Source of the DNA: Torpedo marmorata
Lineage: Eukaryota
DNA length: 64,000 nt
Direction of reading: 5' to 3'
Assembly (NCBI GenBank): GCA_977017645.1
Contig: OZ360246.1
Span: 9,610,001 to 9,674,000, forward strand
This document shows, in pieces, positions 35,901 through 49,453 of this stretch (within the stretch, counting starts at the first letter, position 1; each line of letters starts with the position of its first letter). The translations under genes and the position numbers were made by a program. The notes under the pieces were generated by a model. The model did no database searches. It saw only the letters and a program-made list of their open reading frames with translations, and was not told the DNA's origin.

Positions 35901-38900
35901 AGAGTCTGTCAGAAAGGAACTGATAATGTTCCTTCCCCAACTTCATTCAGAACAGCGAGCTCGTAACATGTTCTCAATTGCTTTATTTTGGTCTTTAGGA
36001 TAGAAATATTGTAATACTGTAAGTACTATCTCCTTTATTTCATTTATTTTGGAATGATCTGATTAAATGTTCCAACAACACCATAGCAGTATTTGAATTT
36101 CAGATTTTGGAACATTTTTTTAAAAATAGACTCTTCCCTAAACTTAGAAACTTTTTACTCCAACTAATACTAATCATTCCAGTACTAGGCACTTCATATT
36201 TCAACATATTGGTATTCTTTGAAGATAAAACTGTATCCCAAATATACAAAGAATGCTTTCAAAACCTTGAAAAAATTCAGATCCGGCATTTGTAGGATTC
36301 AACTCTGGAGATGGTAGTTTGATCATGGACTTTTTTTCCCCACTCAGTTTTCTGAAGCTTGTGGATCCTTTTCTAGGTCATGTTTTAATCACACAAACAT
36401 GACATTTTGGTTAAATCAGTCACTTAATTTTTGATTGAGGGTTATGAATAATATAAATGATCCAAGATATGTAAGGCTCCATATGGAAGAAGTTAATTTT
36501 TGATTTGGTTCGATTGAAGTTATGCAAAGGGTACTTTGGAAAAGCTTCCTTCAATTTAATTTTCTTAATAAGCATGTTATCATTTCCATAAGTATACACA
36601 TAATTGTTTTTTTAAATTGATATACACCTTAGCTTATTTCTAACTTTTGCCTTGATTCATTTTAAATATCATTCAAATATTAATCTTTTATGCTCTCGGA
36701 ATTTTTAATTGTTTTTAAATCTGGTGCTTTTGCGATTTGTCATTGTTCAAACGAGGTTTAATAATTCCTCATTTTGCAATCAGTTGGTCTGATTTAGATA
36801 ATTAACTTCCAAAGAATTGACTGTTCTAACAAAACAATCCTGACAAGATAAGGACATAATTGGAAATTATTTTCTCAACATTCATTCTCAATTATTTTGA
36901 GAATAACTTCTTGCTGGTGAACGGAAATTATCAAGGAGAGATTACATCCAGGATAATGACATTTTCATAGATTACTTGGTGAACTTTGGACAGCTGCTAT
37001 AATGTATAGTTTTACATTGTTGTTTACAGTCAATGCATAATGAATTGTATTTTTAAAATCTTGATACTGTGTGGGAGAATGCAGCTTCATTTAACTAACA
37101 TAGTAAAGTGTTGACTGTCCTTCAATTCATATGCACTCTGAAAGGTGCAGGGTTTTAAGAGCATAAAATGCCACAGTGCCTCCAAAGCTACCGATTGATT
37201 GGTGTCTTATCAATATTATTTTTCCAATAAGTTATGGTTTTAAAAGAAGTCCCATTTTCCAACATTGCTTTTACTGTTTGCAGGAAAGTTTATGTTGAAC
37301 TTAACAATGATGCATGCGACGAGTATTGTTTCTATGATTAGCTGTTGTTTAAAATTGCCTCTGTTCTAAAACAATGCCAACTGATTTTAAGGAAATGGTG
37401 CTCGACTGTTTCTTGTCGTGAGAAAGGGGATACTTCCCCCTCCTGTGGATGGTTCATTGTATGCTTTTAAAATGGGTCTTGGTAGACACCCTTGCATCAT
37501 AATAAAGGTTTTTAGTGTGCTTTAAGAATTAATCAATAAGGGATAACAGTGATTGTATCCAGGTTGTTATGAGTAAGTCTAATATTGTAATTTTTTTTCA
37601 AAATTTGCAATCACAATAACTGTGATCTGACTGATGCCTTTCTCTGTAGCATCTTTTTTTTGCTGTTTTTGACAATTGTACTGTATGTAAGTGTGCCCAG
37701 TTCAGACCATCGGGAATAAAGTGCAGTTTTCATGTTTGCGTTACTTCTCTCTATAAAGTGCTATTAATCTTTATAGGTGTGACAATAAAGGAACTTTTTG
37801 CATTGCTGGGCTTGAACCTTGGTGATCTTATTTTATATTGGCCTGGTATTGCTGAATAATTGAGCAAACCTAACAAAAAATGAGCTGATGGTTTGAGAAT
37901 CTAACTTTAATATGATTTTCATTTTTTCCCCATTCATCTTGATTAAATTTAATCATTTTCAATGTTCCCAAAATGTTTCAAATCACCATATGATTGTTGC
38001 TCATATTTAATGTTTATTGAGAGAAGATATTTTGCCATTTTGACATCTCAAATGACAGTGGTGCAAAAGCTCTGGATTTAAAGAGTTTTGCATTGTGTGC
38101 ATAAGGGAGAGTGATGTCTACCTTGCCATTGAAGTTTTCCTTAAAAAAAAGAGTAATTTATTTTCCTTTGAGACATTTTATTTCCGTTTCTTTTTTGAGT
38201 TCTAGTTGAGTAATTAAGACAATTGAACAGAAAAATAAAATGAACAGAGGTCAACTTGGTCCTTTGAATTTTCACACTTGTATAGCTCCCTGGTGTTCTT
38301 GAATTGGCTGAAATCACTGAAGAGTTGATCAAGTTGGTGTAAGAGCCCTGCGTTTAATTTTACGTGAATGTGGTCACACAATGGTGGGTCATTCATGGAG
38401 CTTGAGCCTCCAGTGTGGTCCAAGTTCCTCCTCACTCCTTTTCAAGGTGGAATGGTCTTTGCTGGCCATTCATACAAACTGCTTCCTGTCCTCTATCCAT
38501 GTTAACGTATAATGCCGACAACCAGTTGTTGGGAAGCTTGTGTAAGTTTGTAACTTAAAATAATCAAGTGTCTTTTGAAACTTCAGATGTAGTACATCTC
38601 CTTGAGCGAAACATCCTCAAAATTCTCTTGGACTTGTTAAACACTATTTCTCTTATCTAAAGCATATCTGCTTAATGTTATGATTTTCTATATGCCTCTT
38701 GATGTTATCCTCAATAATAGCTTCAAGCACTTTCCAATCTACTGATAACAGACTTGCCCCTAAAAACAATAAATAATTTGGTTACATGACTGAAGTTGGC
38801 AGTATTGCTACGTACTGAAGCATACTATTTATTGAAGTACTTTTTTTAAGGGATTTTGAAGGACCAAGTTGTCCTAACCTCCAAACATAACTTGGCCCTT

Positions 38901-40576
38901 GCAGGGAAATCCAGAGGTAGGAAGACTGCAAGGACTAGGTAAATATTTGATCATAAAACAACAGTTTTATAATTTAAAAAAATCTTTCATGGGATGGAGA
39001 AGCTACTGCTAAAGCTGGTGTCTAAAGGCCATCACTTCTGCTCTTGAAATGGTGGTGGTAAGCAACATGTGTGTGTTGAAGATTCTCCCACGTGGCTGTT
39101 TGTGGTGAATTCCATGCAGCAAAAGTGCAGAAGCAGCGACCTGTTTCCTTCTGTGACTTGCAGAGGTACTTGTTCCCCAGTCCCTGCTGCTCCTTCTCCT
39201 GTGTCCACCATCTAAAGGCTCAGTGCAGGAGTTGACTGGATGTTTTGCACCTATGCAGATGAGCTCAGCTCCATCAAGGATAAAGCAGCTTGACTCCATC
39301 CAAGACAAAGCAGCCCATAGGGATGCAATCCTCCATCGAAAGCATGCTCTCGTTGGTTAAAGATGATGCCCGTGCATTGTTTTAACTGTATATTTCTCCA
39401 CACCATACCCTGCATTTTGTCTTGTAATACTATACCCAGCACTCTAACTTCCTGTAACACTTCACCCTGCACTTTTGTTTTAATATTGCACTACCTGCTG
39501 TATTTAAGCATGAGTTAACGTGCCTGGATAACACGCAAAACATAGTTTTTCACAGTATCTCGGTACATGTGACAATAAACAATTCAATTTAATACATTCT
39601 CTCCTGCTTTGGTGTCGTGTTGACATCTTTAGAATGAATGGCAGTAACTCTCCAAAGCTACAGCAGCCCCTCCCAAACTCACGGCCTTACAGCTAGGATC
39701 ACATCAACAGTGCATTGGAACCCTGCGAGTTTCACTCAGGGTCCTAACATCACTATGCCTTTCATCTTCACTGAAATTGTTTATTTGTCGCATTTCTACC
39801 AAGTATAGTGAGATGAGTTCTTCTGAAAGCAGTCTTGCCGGTAATCTCTAGTATTCATTCAGCTGTGTAAAGAGCACAATTTACAGAGTACAGAGTTGCA
39901 ATGAAAGGAAAGATCAATGAGTGCCAAGCAAGGGCAGCAAGAGAGCACTGTTGTGGGGTTTCGACACATCACTCACCTCCATCTCGTGAAGCTCCCGACC
40001 AACTGACACTGGGAGAACCTATACCTGTGTTTCAATAAAACTACTCACCACCATCTTCTGAGGAGCCTAGGGATGGGTATTAAATGCTGGCCTTGCTCGG
40101 AACACTCATGCTGGGTAAATAAATATAAAATATGCTACATAAGTTGCAATTGCAATTTATTTATTTACAGTTTATTTAAATTTATTTACAGTTTGTTTTT
40201 GTAATCTTGTTTTGTGAAAACACTGACTTTTGACCCTCAGCCAGTGGTAAATGGACATGGGTTCCAACACCTTGCTGAAGTAATTGAGTTGAACTTCACA
40301 TTTCGGGTTTCTTTAATCAGCTGCTCACAAAGTGAGATTTCATCGTCTTTGACACGAGCTTTCTGAGGTGTTGGCTCAATGAGGCTGTCAGTCATTGCAT
40401 ATTGATGTGAGATGATGCTTGAAAGGAACCATTTTTTCCTGGGTACATGCCTTGATCTAGCATCTGCATGTATTTTAGTTTGATATTTCAAAACTCTACA
40501 CCAGCAATCCACTGTTAGACTCAGTCTTTTGAATTAACGGCAATCACGTTAGTATTGGATCATTTTTCATCAGAAA

Positions 40577-40825
40577 GGTGGCACGGTTTGTGTAGTGGTT
40601 AGTGCAATGCTATTACAGCACCAGCAACCCGGGTTCGAATCCACCGCTGTCCGTAAGGAGTTTGTACCTTATGACCTGTATGGGTTTCTTCCGGGTGCTC
40701 CGGTTTCCTCCCATGTTCCAAAGACGTACAGGGTTGGTAGGTTAATTGGTCACGTGGGTGTAATTAGGCGGTGTGGTCTTGTGGGCCGGGAGGGCCTGTT
40801 AACATCTATGTCTTTAAAGTAAAAT
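40577..40825 (+). mobile_element. V-SINE (HE1-like)
   Basis: tRNA-like head, B box GGTTCGAATCC, V domain. Confidence 0.84.
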
Positions 40826-41444
40826 CAGAATATGCATGGATTTTTAATTTTTCACGTTGAAATGCCTCCAGTTCCAAGGAGATTTTTTTTTCCTCAAACT
40901 ATATTTCTTCTGACCTCCTGAGGTAGAATTTTTTTATGTGACGATTCTAGTACTACCATAGTTTGTAATTGTTAATGAACGCAAAATTAATTACTAATGA
41001 AGCAACTGCAAAGATCACTTAAGATTACTGCCTCAAATGTAATGATAAGAGATTGGTATTAATTGCTTGTTATAATTAGCTGCATCAATCACACACCGTT
41101 GTCTGAGAAGCGAATCTGGTGCAAAGCGAATGTTCAGATGTCACATAGTATTGCAACGTGATTATCGATTGGTTGTGATCATTTCACATCATACTGTTGA
41201 AGACAATTGTGCCCTTTTTGAAGCATTTTCATGATACCCCAGAAGAGAAATATATTTACTTGGAGAAAAGTGCTGATATATGGTTTGGAAGCTCCTGTGT
41301 TTTCTTTAATTTCTTAAACTTTGTGAAATTCTTGGGTTTCCTCGTTTCAAGCAGGAGGAAGGGAAAACCCCATACAAAGTATATCACTCAACTTTTTAAG
41401 ATCATTTGAGACCTTTATAACTTTAAGCAAACATTAATTATTTA

Positions 41445-41757
41445 GACCATAAGACATAGGAGCAGAAATAGGCTATTCAGCCCATCGAGTCTGCCCCGCC
41501 ATTTCATCATTTTCCCACTAAGCCCAACTGCCTGACCTTCTCCCCATAACCTTTGATGCCCTGGCTAATCAAGAACCATCAATCTCTGCCTTAAATACAC
41601 ACAATGATCTGGCCTCCACACAAGCCTGTGACAACAAATTCCACAGATTTACCACCGTCTGGGTGAAGAAGTTCCTCCGCATCTTTGTTCTAAGCGGACG
41701 CCCTTCAATCCTGAAGTTGTGCCCTCTTGTCCTAGACTCTCCCACCATGGGAAACAA
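41445..41757 (-). mobile_element. CR1-type LINE 3' fragment
   Basis: Minus ORF FPMVGESRTRGHNFRIEGRPLRTKMRRNFFTQTVVNLWNLL. Confidence 0.86.
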
Positions 41758-42009
41758 ATGTAACTTTGAAAACATTGATAGCAGATGCAAATATATTGCA
41801 TTCAATAAAGAATTGGGATGTTTTGTTCTGCTTTTTAAAATGAAGAAAGTGTCTGTGGTGAATGTAAATCTGGCAAAATGTACATTCGGCTTTGACCGAA
41901 AGCAATGAACAGCAGCCCATCATTAGATTTCCCAGTCTTGGTCGAATGGAAACTTGTTGTCCATCTGCTTTTGTCCTTTCTTCTACACCTCTTCTGTCTT
42001 CATTGCCAG

Positions 42010-42112
42010 GATTATGAAAGTAAGCTAGAAGCTTTACAGAAGCAGGTGGAAACTCGTTCACTGGCTGCAGAAGCAACTGAAGAAGAAGAGGAGGAGGAAG
42101 AGGAAGAAGAAG
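42010..42112 (+). CDS. KIF1B: KIF1B-beta first specific exon
   Basis: ttgccag|GAT; DYESKLEALQKQVETRSLAAEAT followed by 11 Glu; G|gtgaca; 103 nt. Confidence 0.96.
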
Positions 42113-42226
42113 GTGACAGATGTGATTGTTGTTTATTAAAAATTGCTCCATCAATAATCTGTCAGCATGAATTCCATTGGTTTTATGTTGATGATAATTG
42201 CTTGTAAGGCACAACTGTCATATATT

Positions 42227-42914
42227 CATAGAACATTACAGCACAGAAACAGGCCCTTTGGCCCTTTTAGTCTGTGCCAAGCTATTATTCTGCCTCGTCC
42301 CACTGACCTGCACCCAGTCCATAGCCCTCCATGCCCCTCCCATCTATGTACCTGTCCAAATTTTTCTTAACTGTTAAAATTGAGCCTGCAGTTCGTTCCA
42401 CACGCCCACCACTCTCTGTGAAGTACCCCCTTATTTTCCCCCTCAACTTTTCCCCTTTCATCCTTAACCCATGTCCTCTGGTTTGTATCTCACTTACCCT
42501 CAGTGGAAAAAGCCTATCTACATTTACTCTGTATATACCCCTCATAATTTTAAATACCTCCATCAAATCTCCCCTCATTCTTCTACGCTCCAGGGAATAA
42601 AGTCCTAACCTGTTTAACCTTTTCCTGTAACTCAATTCCTGAAGTCCGGGCAACATCCTAGTAAATCTTCTCTGCACTCTTTCCATCTTATTGATTCCTG
42701 TAGTTAGGTGACCAAAACTGCACACAATATTTCAAATTTGGCCTCACCAATGTCTTATACAACTTTACCATAACATCCCAACTCCTTTACTCAATACTTT
42801 GATTTATGAAGGCCAATGTGCTAAAATCTCTCTTTGCAACCCTATCTACCTGTTACGCCACTTTCAGGGAATTATGTATCTGTTTTCCCAGATCCCTCTG
42901 TTCTACCGCACTCT
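42227..42914 (-). mobile_element. CR1-type LINE 3' fragment (same family as 33827-35900)
   Basis: Minus ORF ERVQRRFTRMLPGLQELSYRKRLNRLGLYSLERRRMRGDL. Confidence 0.92.
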
Positions 42915-43631
42915 GTGGATATAGTTAAGGAGAATGAGCGATATTGTCATTTTCAGATATTTAATGTGACCTGTCCTTCCGAAGCTGCCCTTTATCTGTT
43001 CTTTTTCTGCCCTGGGAACCTATTCCTCAAAAAAAAATTTTTTTTAATGTCCTTCCCAGAGTTATGAGGCCTCTTGCATGGTAACTGAGGTCTGGAGCAG
43101 CCTGACAGGTGACTACAAATCACATCAGCTGTTTGAGCAAAATTTTGATAACATGAGTCTTGTGAACTTGACCTTTAGTTACAAGAGAATTGTCTGTAAT
43201 TCCACAGGCAGCGAGATCATGTTGCAACAGAAAGGAGGTGTTTGGCGATGTAATGAGAGATGAAATGTAGTCTGGAACACTGATGAAAGTAAATGGTTTG
43301 CTGCATGTTTCTGCCAGAAAGAATCGATCATTAATCAGGGCAGAAGTAAATGGAATGCAGCTTTTTTTTTATTATTCCAAAGGTTTGAAATGTTACGTTT
43401 AAAGCATTTGAATGATTTAAACCGTCCAGCCTTCCAATGGAAACAAGGGCAAGAATGTGCATTTCAGTCACTGAGATGAATGTATCTTTTTCTCAACGTC
43501 ACCATTCTCAGTTATGCTGGAGACAAAAAAGGATGGAGAAACACAAGCAACTGCCGATATTGGAATCTTGATTAAACAGGGAGAAGCAGGCCGGGCAGCA
43601 TCCATGGAGAGAAATGAACAGTTTACATTGG

Positions 43632-43760
43632 TAAAAACACAATGCTGGAGAAACTCAGCAGGACAAACAGTGTCCTTTATATAGCAAAGATACATAACCA
43701 ACGTTTCGGGCTTGAGCCCTTCATCAAGGTATGAGCAAAATGTAGGCAGGCGCCCGAACA
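43632..43760 (-). mobile_element. Penelope-like terminus with hammerhead-like motif (43693-43733)
   Basis: Reverse complement reads CATACC-TTGATGA-A-GGGC-TCAA-GCCC-GAAA-CGTT-GGTTATG. Confidence 0.8.
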
Positions 43761-44262
43761 TTTTACATTTCGGGTCAGGATCCTTTCCCTCAAGGGTCCT
43801 GGTGCCTTGCAGTTTCACTTTGTTTGCTTGAGACAAAAAAGCGCGACCATTCTCTGGGGAAAACGCTAACCTGGTTCCTTAAATATTCTGAGCAAGATCC
43901 AAGGGACCAGCGTTAGCCGTGCTTGTGCTTGGTGGGGCTGTATCACTGTACAAGCTTGGACAACGGCATTTCCATCCATCAACCCAAAAACGGACTGATT
44001 TCCCACTTCAGTTCCAGAAAAAATATTCTTGTACTATAGGGGTTTTATCTTTGGGGAACAGTGTGTGGCAGAATTTGCTTCACGAAAGCCTGAATAGCTT
44101 TGGAGTGGTGTTAACTATCAGACTATCCAATGTTGTATTTTCGGAATAATAATTGAAACATCAGTTATTTTGGAGTTTGACGTCAACCGGTTGGAACGAA
44201 AATGCCGTATTCATGCCTGATTGTATAAACTGTTACTGATGCATTTCTAATTGCCTCTGTAG

Positions 44263-44411
44263 TGCACTGGACCCAACGTGACTATGAACTGGCTGAATGG
44301 GCTTTCAGGAAGTGGAAGCATCACCAGTTTACATCGCTGCGGGACTTGCTTTGGGGAAATGCCGTTTACCTGAAGGAGGCCAATGCTATTAGTGTTGAGC
44401 TGAAGAAGAAG
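44263..44411 (+). CDS. KIF1B: KIF1B-beta exon
   Basis: ctgtag|TG; (V)[49 protein letters not shown]; AAG|gtacag; 149 nt. Confidence 0.97.
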
Positions 44412-44589
44412 GTACAGCACAACTTGTAGGCATAGCCAACCACTGTTGTCTATCTCCAGTTGGGAAGGTGGGGTGGGCTGTTGTCTTGGCAACTGCGGAG
44501 CTTGCTAGGCTGTTGCTGAGAGTTTGAAGACCACGTCTACATTTACATATAGACCAGACTAAGTAAACATAGAACATTTCAAGCCCCAA

Positions 44590-45035
44590 GCAGCATAAAT
44601 GAAACAAACGACACCTCATATTCTATCTGGGCACCCTCCAACCAGACGGCATTGACTTCTCCGGTTTATGTTAGAAACCCCCCCCCCTCTTTCTTTCCCT
44701 ATCCCTCTGTCTCCTTTCTTCCATCTCTGCATTCACAGGGCTAACCCCCTCCCCTGATCAATTCTCAGCTTTTCTCTCCTGCCCACCTATTCATGTCCAC
44801 CCATGACCTCTTGGTTGTTGGCCTGCGCTCCTCCCCCTGCCCCTTCTTCCCTCCTCCCCATGCCTTTTTATTCAGGCGCCTGCCTGCTTTTTGCTCACAC
44901 CTTGATGAAGGGTTCAGGCCCGAAACATTGGTTATATGTCTTTGCCTCCTATAGACACTGCGTGACCTGCTGCGTTTCTCCAGCATTTTTGTATATTAAG
45001 TACAATCACAGCATCTGCACACTTTCTTGTTTCAC
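44590..45035 (+). mobile_element. Penelope-like 3' fragment with terminus
   Basis: CACCTCATATTCTATCTGGGCACCCTCCAACCAGACGGCATT (endonuclease end), pyrimidine-rich UTR, then CTTGATGAAGGGTTCAGGCCCGAAACATTGG. Confidence 0.82.
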
Positions 45036-45141
45036 TAAATGAAATAGGAGGGGTTTTATGACAATACAGCAGTTTCTAGGTCACTGATAATGCTGGAAGC
45101 TTTTCGTTTTTTTTTTCCTGATTTATTAAATTGCATTTTGT

Positions 45142-45370
45142 GGGCGGCATGGTTAGCCTAGTGGTTAGAGCCAGTGACCCGGGTTCGAATACGCCACTGT
45201 CTGTAAGAAGTTGGTACGTTCTCCCTGTGACCGCGAGGTTTTCCTCAGGATGCTCTGGTTTCCTCCCACATTCCAAAGATGTACGTGATTAGTAAGTTAA
45301 TTGGTCACAACGGTGTATTTGGGCGGTGTGGGCCGGAAGGGCCTGTTACTGCCCTGTCTCTCTAAATTGA
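45142..45370 (+). mobile_element. V-SINE (HE1-like)
   Basis: Homologous to 15668. Confidence 0.83.
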
Positions 45371-45943
45371 AGTTTAAAAGTTTGAACTTTTTTCTCTGTT
45401 CTGTTCAAGCCTTTGGATTAGTTGTCTGATATTTCAACTGCAATGGTTCTTTTCCCACATTTAATTTCCTCATAAAATTTTAAGAACTTTTGTGATCTTC
45501 CCAAATATAGTTTTTTTAAACCAAAGGAATTCCAGGCTGAAAAGGCTTCTCAAAATGCCAACTTCAGCCTACAACTGAGAGCACTGGGCATGTGCAGTCA
45601 GATCGAGCTATTCCTGTATAGAATGTAAACTCAAGACCAAATTTATTTGTTCCATTAAGAAAAAAATGTTCTTTACACCTGGTGAAGGAATTGTTTAGTA
45701 TAATTGTCTAGTATAATTAATATAATCCTAATATTAGTCATAGAACATCGAACATTCCACACAGTACTGGCCATTCAGCCCACAATGTTGTGCCGACCTA
45801 TGTAAAAGTACTCCACGACAGTCTAATTTTTCCGTCCATCACACCCATAACCCACTATTTTTCTTTCATGACAGTCATGCAGGGTAGGGAATAAAAATTG
45901 CATTTAACCAATCAATCACTTGAAAGCATTAGAGACAAATGTA

Positions 45944-46117
45944 GAGTGAAACCTCGATTTTACGCGCCCCGATTTTACGCGAATTCGGATATAACGCGAT
46001 GAGATTGGACGCAAACTAAATAGGGAAATACAGTGAAACCCTGATTTAGCGCGATCCCGCTTTTTCGCGATGAGATTTTATGGACCCCAACGATCGCGTT
46101 ATAACGGGGTTTCACTG
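45944..46117. mobile_element. Tigger-like MITE with duplicated left end
   Basis: Left TIR-like sequences at 45944 and 46031 (CAGTGAAACCC), right TIR GGGGTTTCACTG, TA flanks. Confidence 0.75.
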
Positions 46118-46532
46118 TAGCTAGTTTTTATTTTAGAAGCAAGGCACTCCTTTTAGAGAATTGTGTCAATCAGTCTAAATCAGTATCTGATTATTGTTTA
46201 CAGAAAGTTGAGTATTATTTGGACTCAATGATATTTGAGGTTCAGTCTTATAAGCTGCTTGAGAACCGGACATAGGTGATTTGTAAGTGATCATTTTCAT
46301 CGCACCCATTTGTGGCCCGTTTCGTTTCTCATTCATTCAATTAGTCATTGAATTTTGGTGTAGAACGTATGTGGGTTGTAGGTTAATTGGGGAATTTGGG
46401 CGGCACGGGCTCATGATGGGTCCTGTTACCGTACTATATATCTAAATTAAATTTAAACGATATCCAGAATCCAATGATAATCTAACCCTGAGCTTTTTGG
46501 TTGTGTTTTCTCTTCCTGCACCCTGCATTCAG

Positions 46533-46711
46533 GTACAATTCCAATTTGTTCTGCTCACTGACACACTTTATTCTCCACTTCCCCCTGAATTGCTCCCTGC
46601 TGAGGCGGAATTGGATCGGGAAGTCCGACTATTCCCGAGGACCGTGGTTGCTGTGGAAGTGCAGGATCTGAAGAATGGTGCAACGCATTATTGGTCTTTG
46701 GAGAAACTCAA
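46533..46711 (+). CDS. KIF1B: KIF1B-beta exon
   Basis: attcag|GTA; [21 protein letters not shown]...[19 protein letters not shown](K); AA|gtaagc; 179 nt. Confidence 0.97.
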
Positions 46712-46734
46712 GTAAGCACGTAGGACTATAGATC

Positions 46735-47040
46735 ATTAAAGCACAGAAAACATGCCCTTCAACCCTTCTAGTCTGTGCCATACTATTATTCTGTCTAGTC
46801 CCACTGACCAGCCAGTCTCCATACCCCTCCCATCCATGTACCTGTCCAAATTTTTATTGAATGTTGAAATTGAGCCCGCTCTCTGTGTGAAGAAATTCCC
46901 CCGAATGTTCCCCCTAAACTCTATGGTCCTAAACTTCTCCCCTTTCACCCTTAACCCATGTCCACTTGTTTGTATCTCACCTAACCTCAGTGGGAAAAAG
47001 CCTACTTGCATTTACACTATCTATAACCCATATAATTTTG
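46735..47040 (-). mobile_element. CR1-type LINE 3' fragment
   Basis: Minus ORF FFPLRLGEIQTSGHGLRVKGEKFR; starts about 24 bp after an exon donor. Confidence 0.85.
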
Positions 47041-48062
47041 CAAATGTCTTCACTATTTTCCAAACCTTTCCATGTGATGACGTAATCCACACATATGTCT
47101 GCACAAAACTGGTGAAAATCTCAAGAGGAGAGTGAGGTGATTTAATCGAATGGGGTCTCATCTGTTTATTTCTGAAGTGCTGAGATAGAGCAGAAGTGTT
47201 TATGTCATCAAAACAACAGTTTTTATTTTAAAAAAGAGGAAGGTTCAATTGAGACCCAGACAAGCTGACAGAGTGGGTGAGGTGGCCACTGCCACTGAGT
47301 CTGTGGTTGGGGGATGAGAGCAAACCTAGGGGAGGTCCATGCTGCAAGCAGTTGCCAACATCTGTCTGTGTGTGGGTGGGGCAGAGTGATGGTTGTGAGG
47401 AAGGTTGAAGTGGGTGGGCCCTGACTCTCTGCTGCCTGTGCATGACACTGTCTATGAAAATGTGGCCTCCAGCTTTTAACAAGCTGTGCCCATTTCTTTC
47501 TAGTTAAAACAACCCAACCTCCACCACCCCATTGCTCACTGTCACAAAGCTCTGCAAAGCCACAAGCTGGAGATCTGCTGTCTTAATCTGAATCCTAAAT
47601 GGGCTTGCCCACTGGAACTTGCTTTGTTCTCTTCAATAGGCTGCTATACAATCAGTGAAATGTGCTTTGGCCCGCGGCCAGCTGCCTCTGTCAGTAGCTC
47701 ACAGGGAAAGCAGAGCAAGAAGTTAAAACACTCAGCACGTAACCAGGGAGCTTCAAGCCCCATGGAGATGATGTGTTATTCTGGCTGAGTGCAGATGAGC
47801 TTAATGTGAGAACACCAAGTACCTGTGCTGTATGCCAGAACCTTCGAGTGGCACTAAACCTCAAGGACCATTGCAGTGCCAAAGAGTCCTCTTCCTCATT
47901 TTAACTCTAATTAGTTGTCTTACTGTAAATTACCTTTCATACTCATTCCAAACAGAATTAGTTTTCCAGCAATGTAGTATTTGACTTTTTCCTAATGCAG
48001 TATTTGAAAAATACTCTTCCAGTCTGTAATCACAGTCCATGCACAGTGGAAAAGATATTGCG

Positions 48063-48635
48063 NNNNNNNNNNNNNNNNNNNNNNNNNNNNNNNNNNNNNN
48101 NNNNNNNNNNNNNNNNNNNNNNNNNNNNNNNNNNNNNNNNNNNNNNNNNNNNNNNNNNNNNNNNNNNNNNNNNNNNNNNNNNNNNNNNNNNNNNNNNNNN
48201 NNNNNNNNNNNNNNNNNNNNNNNNNNNNNNNNNNNNNNNNNNNNNNNNNNNNNNNNNNNNNNNNNNNNNNNNNNNNNNNNNNNNNNNNNNNNNNNNNNNN
48301 NNNNNNNNNNNNNNNNNNNNNNNNNNNNNNNNNNNNNNNNNNNNNNNNNNNNNNNNNNNNNNNNNNNNNNNNNNNNNNNNNNNNNNNNNNNNNNNNNNNN
48401 NNNNNNNNNNNNNNNNNNNNNNNNNNNNNNNNNNNNNNNNNNNNNNNNNNNNNNNNNNNNNNNNNNNNNNNNNNNNNNNNNNNNNNNNNNNNNNNNNNNN
48501 NNNNNNNNNNNNNNNNNNNNNNNNNNNNNNNNNNNNNNNNNNNNNNNNNNNNNNNNNNNNNNNNNNNNNNNNNNNNNNNNNNNNNNNNNNNNNNNNNNNN
48601 NNNNNNNNNNNNNNNNNNNNNNNNNNNNNNNNNNN
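48063..48635. other. Assembly gap or masked sequence (N run)
   Basis: Run of n. Confidence 0.99.
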
Positions 48636-48710
48636 CCCCTTTTTCTCTCTCCCCCTTTTTCTCTCTCTCCCTTTTTCTCTCTCTCCCATTTTCTCTCTCC
48701 CATTTCTCTC
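48636..48710. repeat. CT-rich low-complexity tandem repeat
   Basis: CCCTTTTTCTCTCTCT-like units between two N runs. Confidence 0.9.
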
Positions 48711-49453
48711 NNNNNNNNNNNNNNNNNNNNNNNNNNNNNNNNNNNNNNNNNNNNNNNNNNNNNNNNNNNNNNNNNNNNNNNNNNNNNNNNNNNNNNNNNN
48801 NNNNNNNNNNNNNNNNNNNNNNNNNNNNNNNNNNNNNNNNNNNNNNNNNNNNNNNNNNNNNNNNNNNNNNNNNNNNNNNNNNNNNNNNNNNNNNNNNNNN
48901 NNNNNNNNNNNNNNNNNNNNNNNNNNNNNNNNNNNNNNNNNNNNNNNNNNNNNNNNNNNNNNNNNNNNNNNNNNNNNNNNNNNNNNNNNNNNNNNNNNNN
49001 NNNNNNNNNNNNNNNNNNNNNNNNNNNNNNNNNNNNNNNNNNNNNNNNNNNNNNNNNNNNNNNNNNNNNNNNNNNNNNNNNNNNNNNNNNNNNNNNNNNN
49101 NNNNNNNNNNNNNNNNNNNNNNNNNNNNNNNNNNNNNNNNNNNNNNNNNNNNNNNNNNNNNNNNNNNNNNNNNNNNNNNNNNNNNNNNNNNNNNNNNNNN
49201 NNNNNNNNNNNNNNNNNNNNNNNNNNNNNNNNNNNNNNNNNNNNNNNNNNNNNNNNNNNNNNNNNNNNNNNNNNNNNNNNNNNNNNNNNNNNNNNNNNNN
49301 NNNNNNNNNNNNNNNNNNNNNNNNNNNNNNNNNNNNNNNNNNNNNNNNNNNNNNNNNNNNNNNNNNNNNNNNNNNNNNNNNNNNNNNNNNNNNNNNNNNN
49401 NNNNNNNNNNNNNNNNNNNNNNNNNNNNNNNNNNNNNNNNNNNNNNNNNNNNN
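48711..49453. other. Assembly gap or masked sequence (N run)
   Basis: Run of n. Confidence 0.99.
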
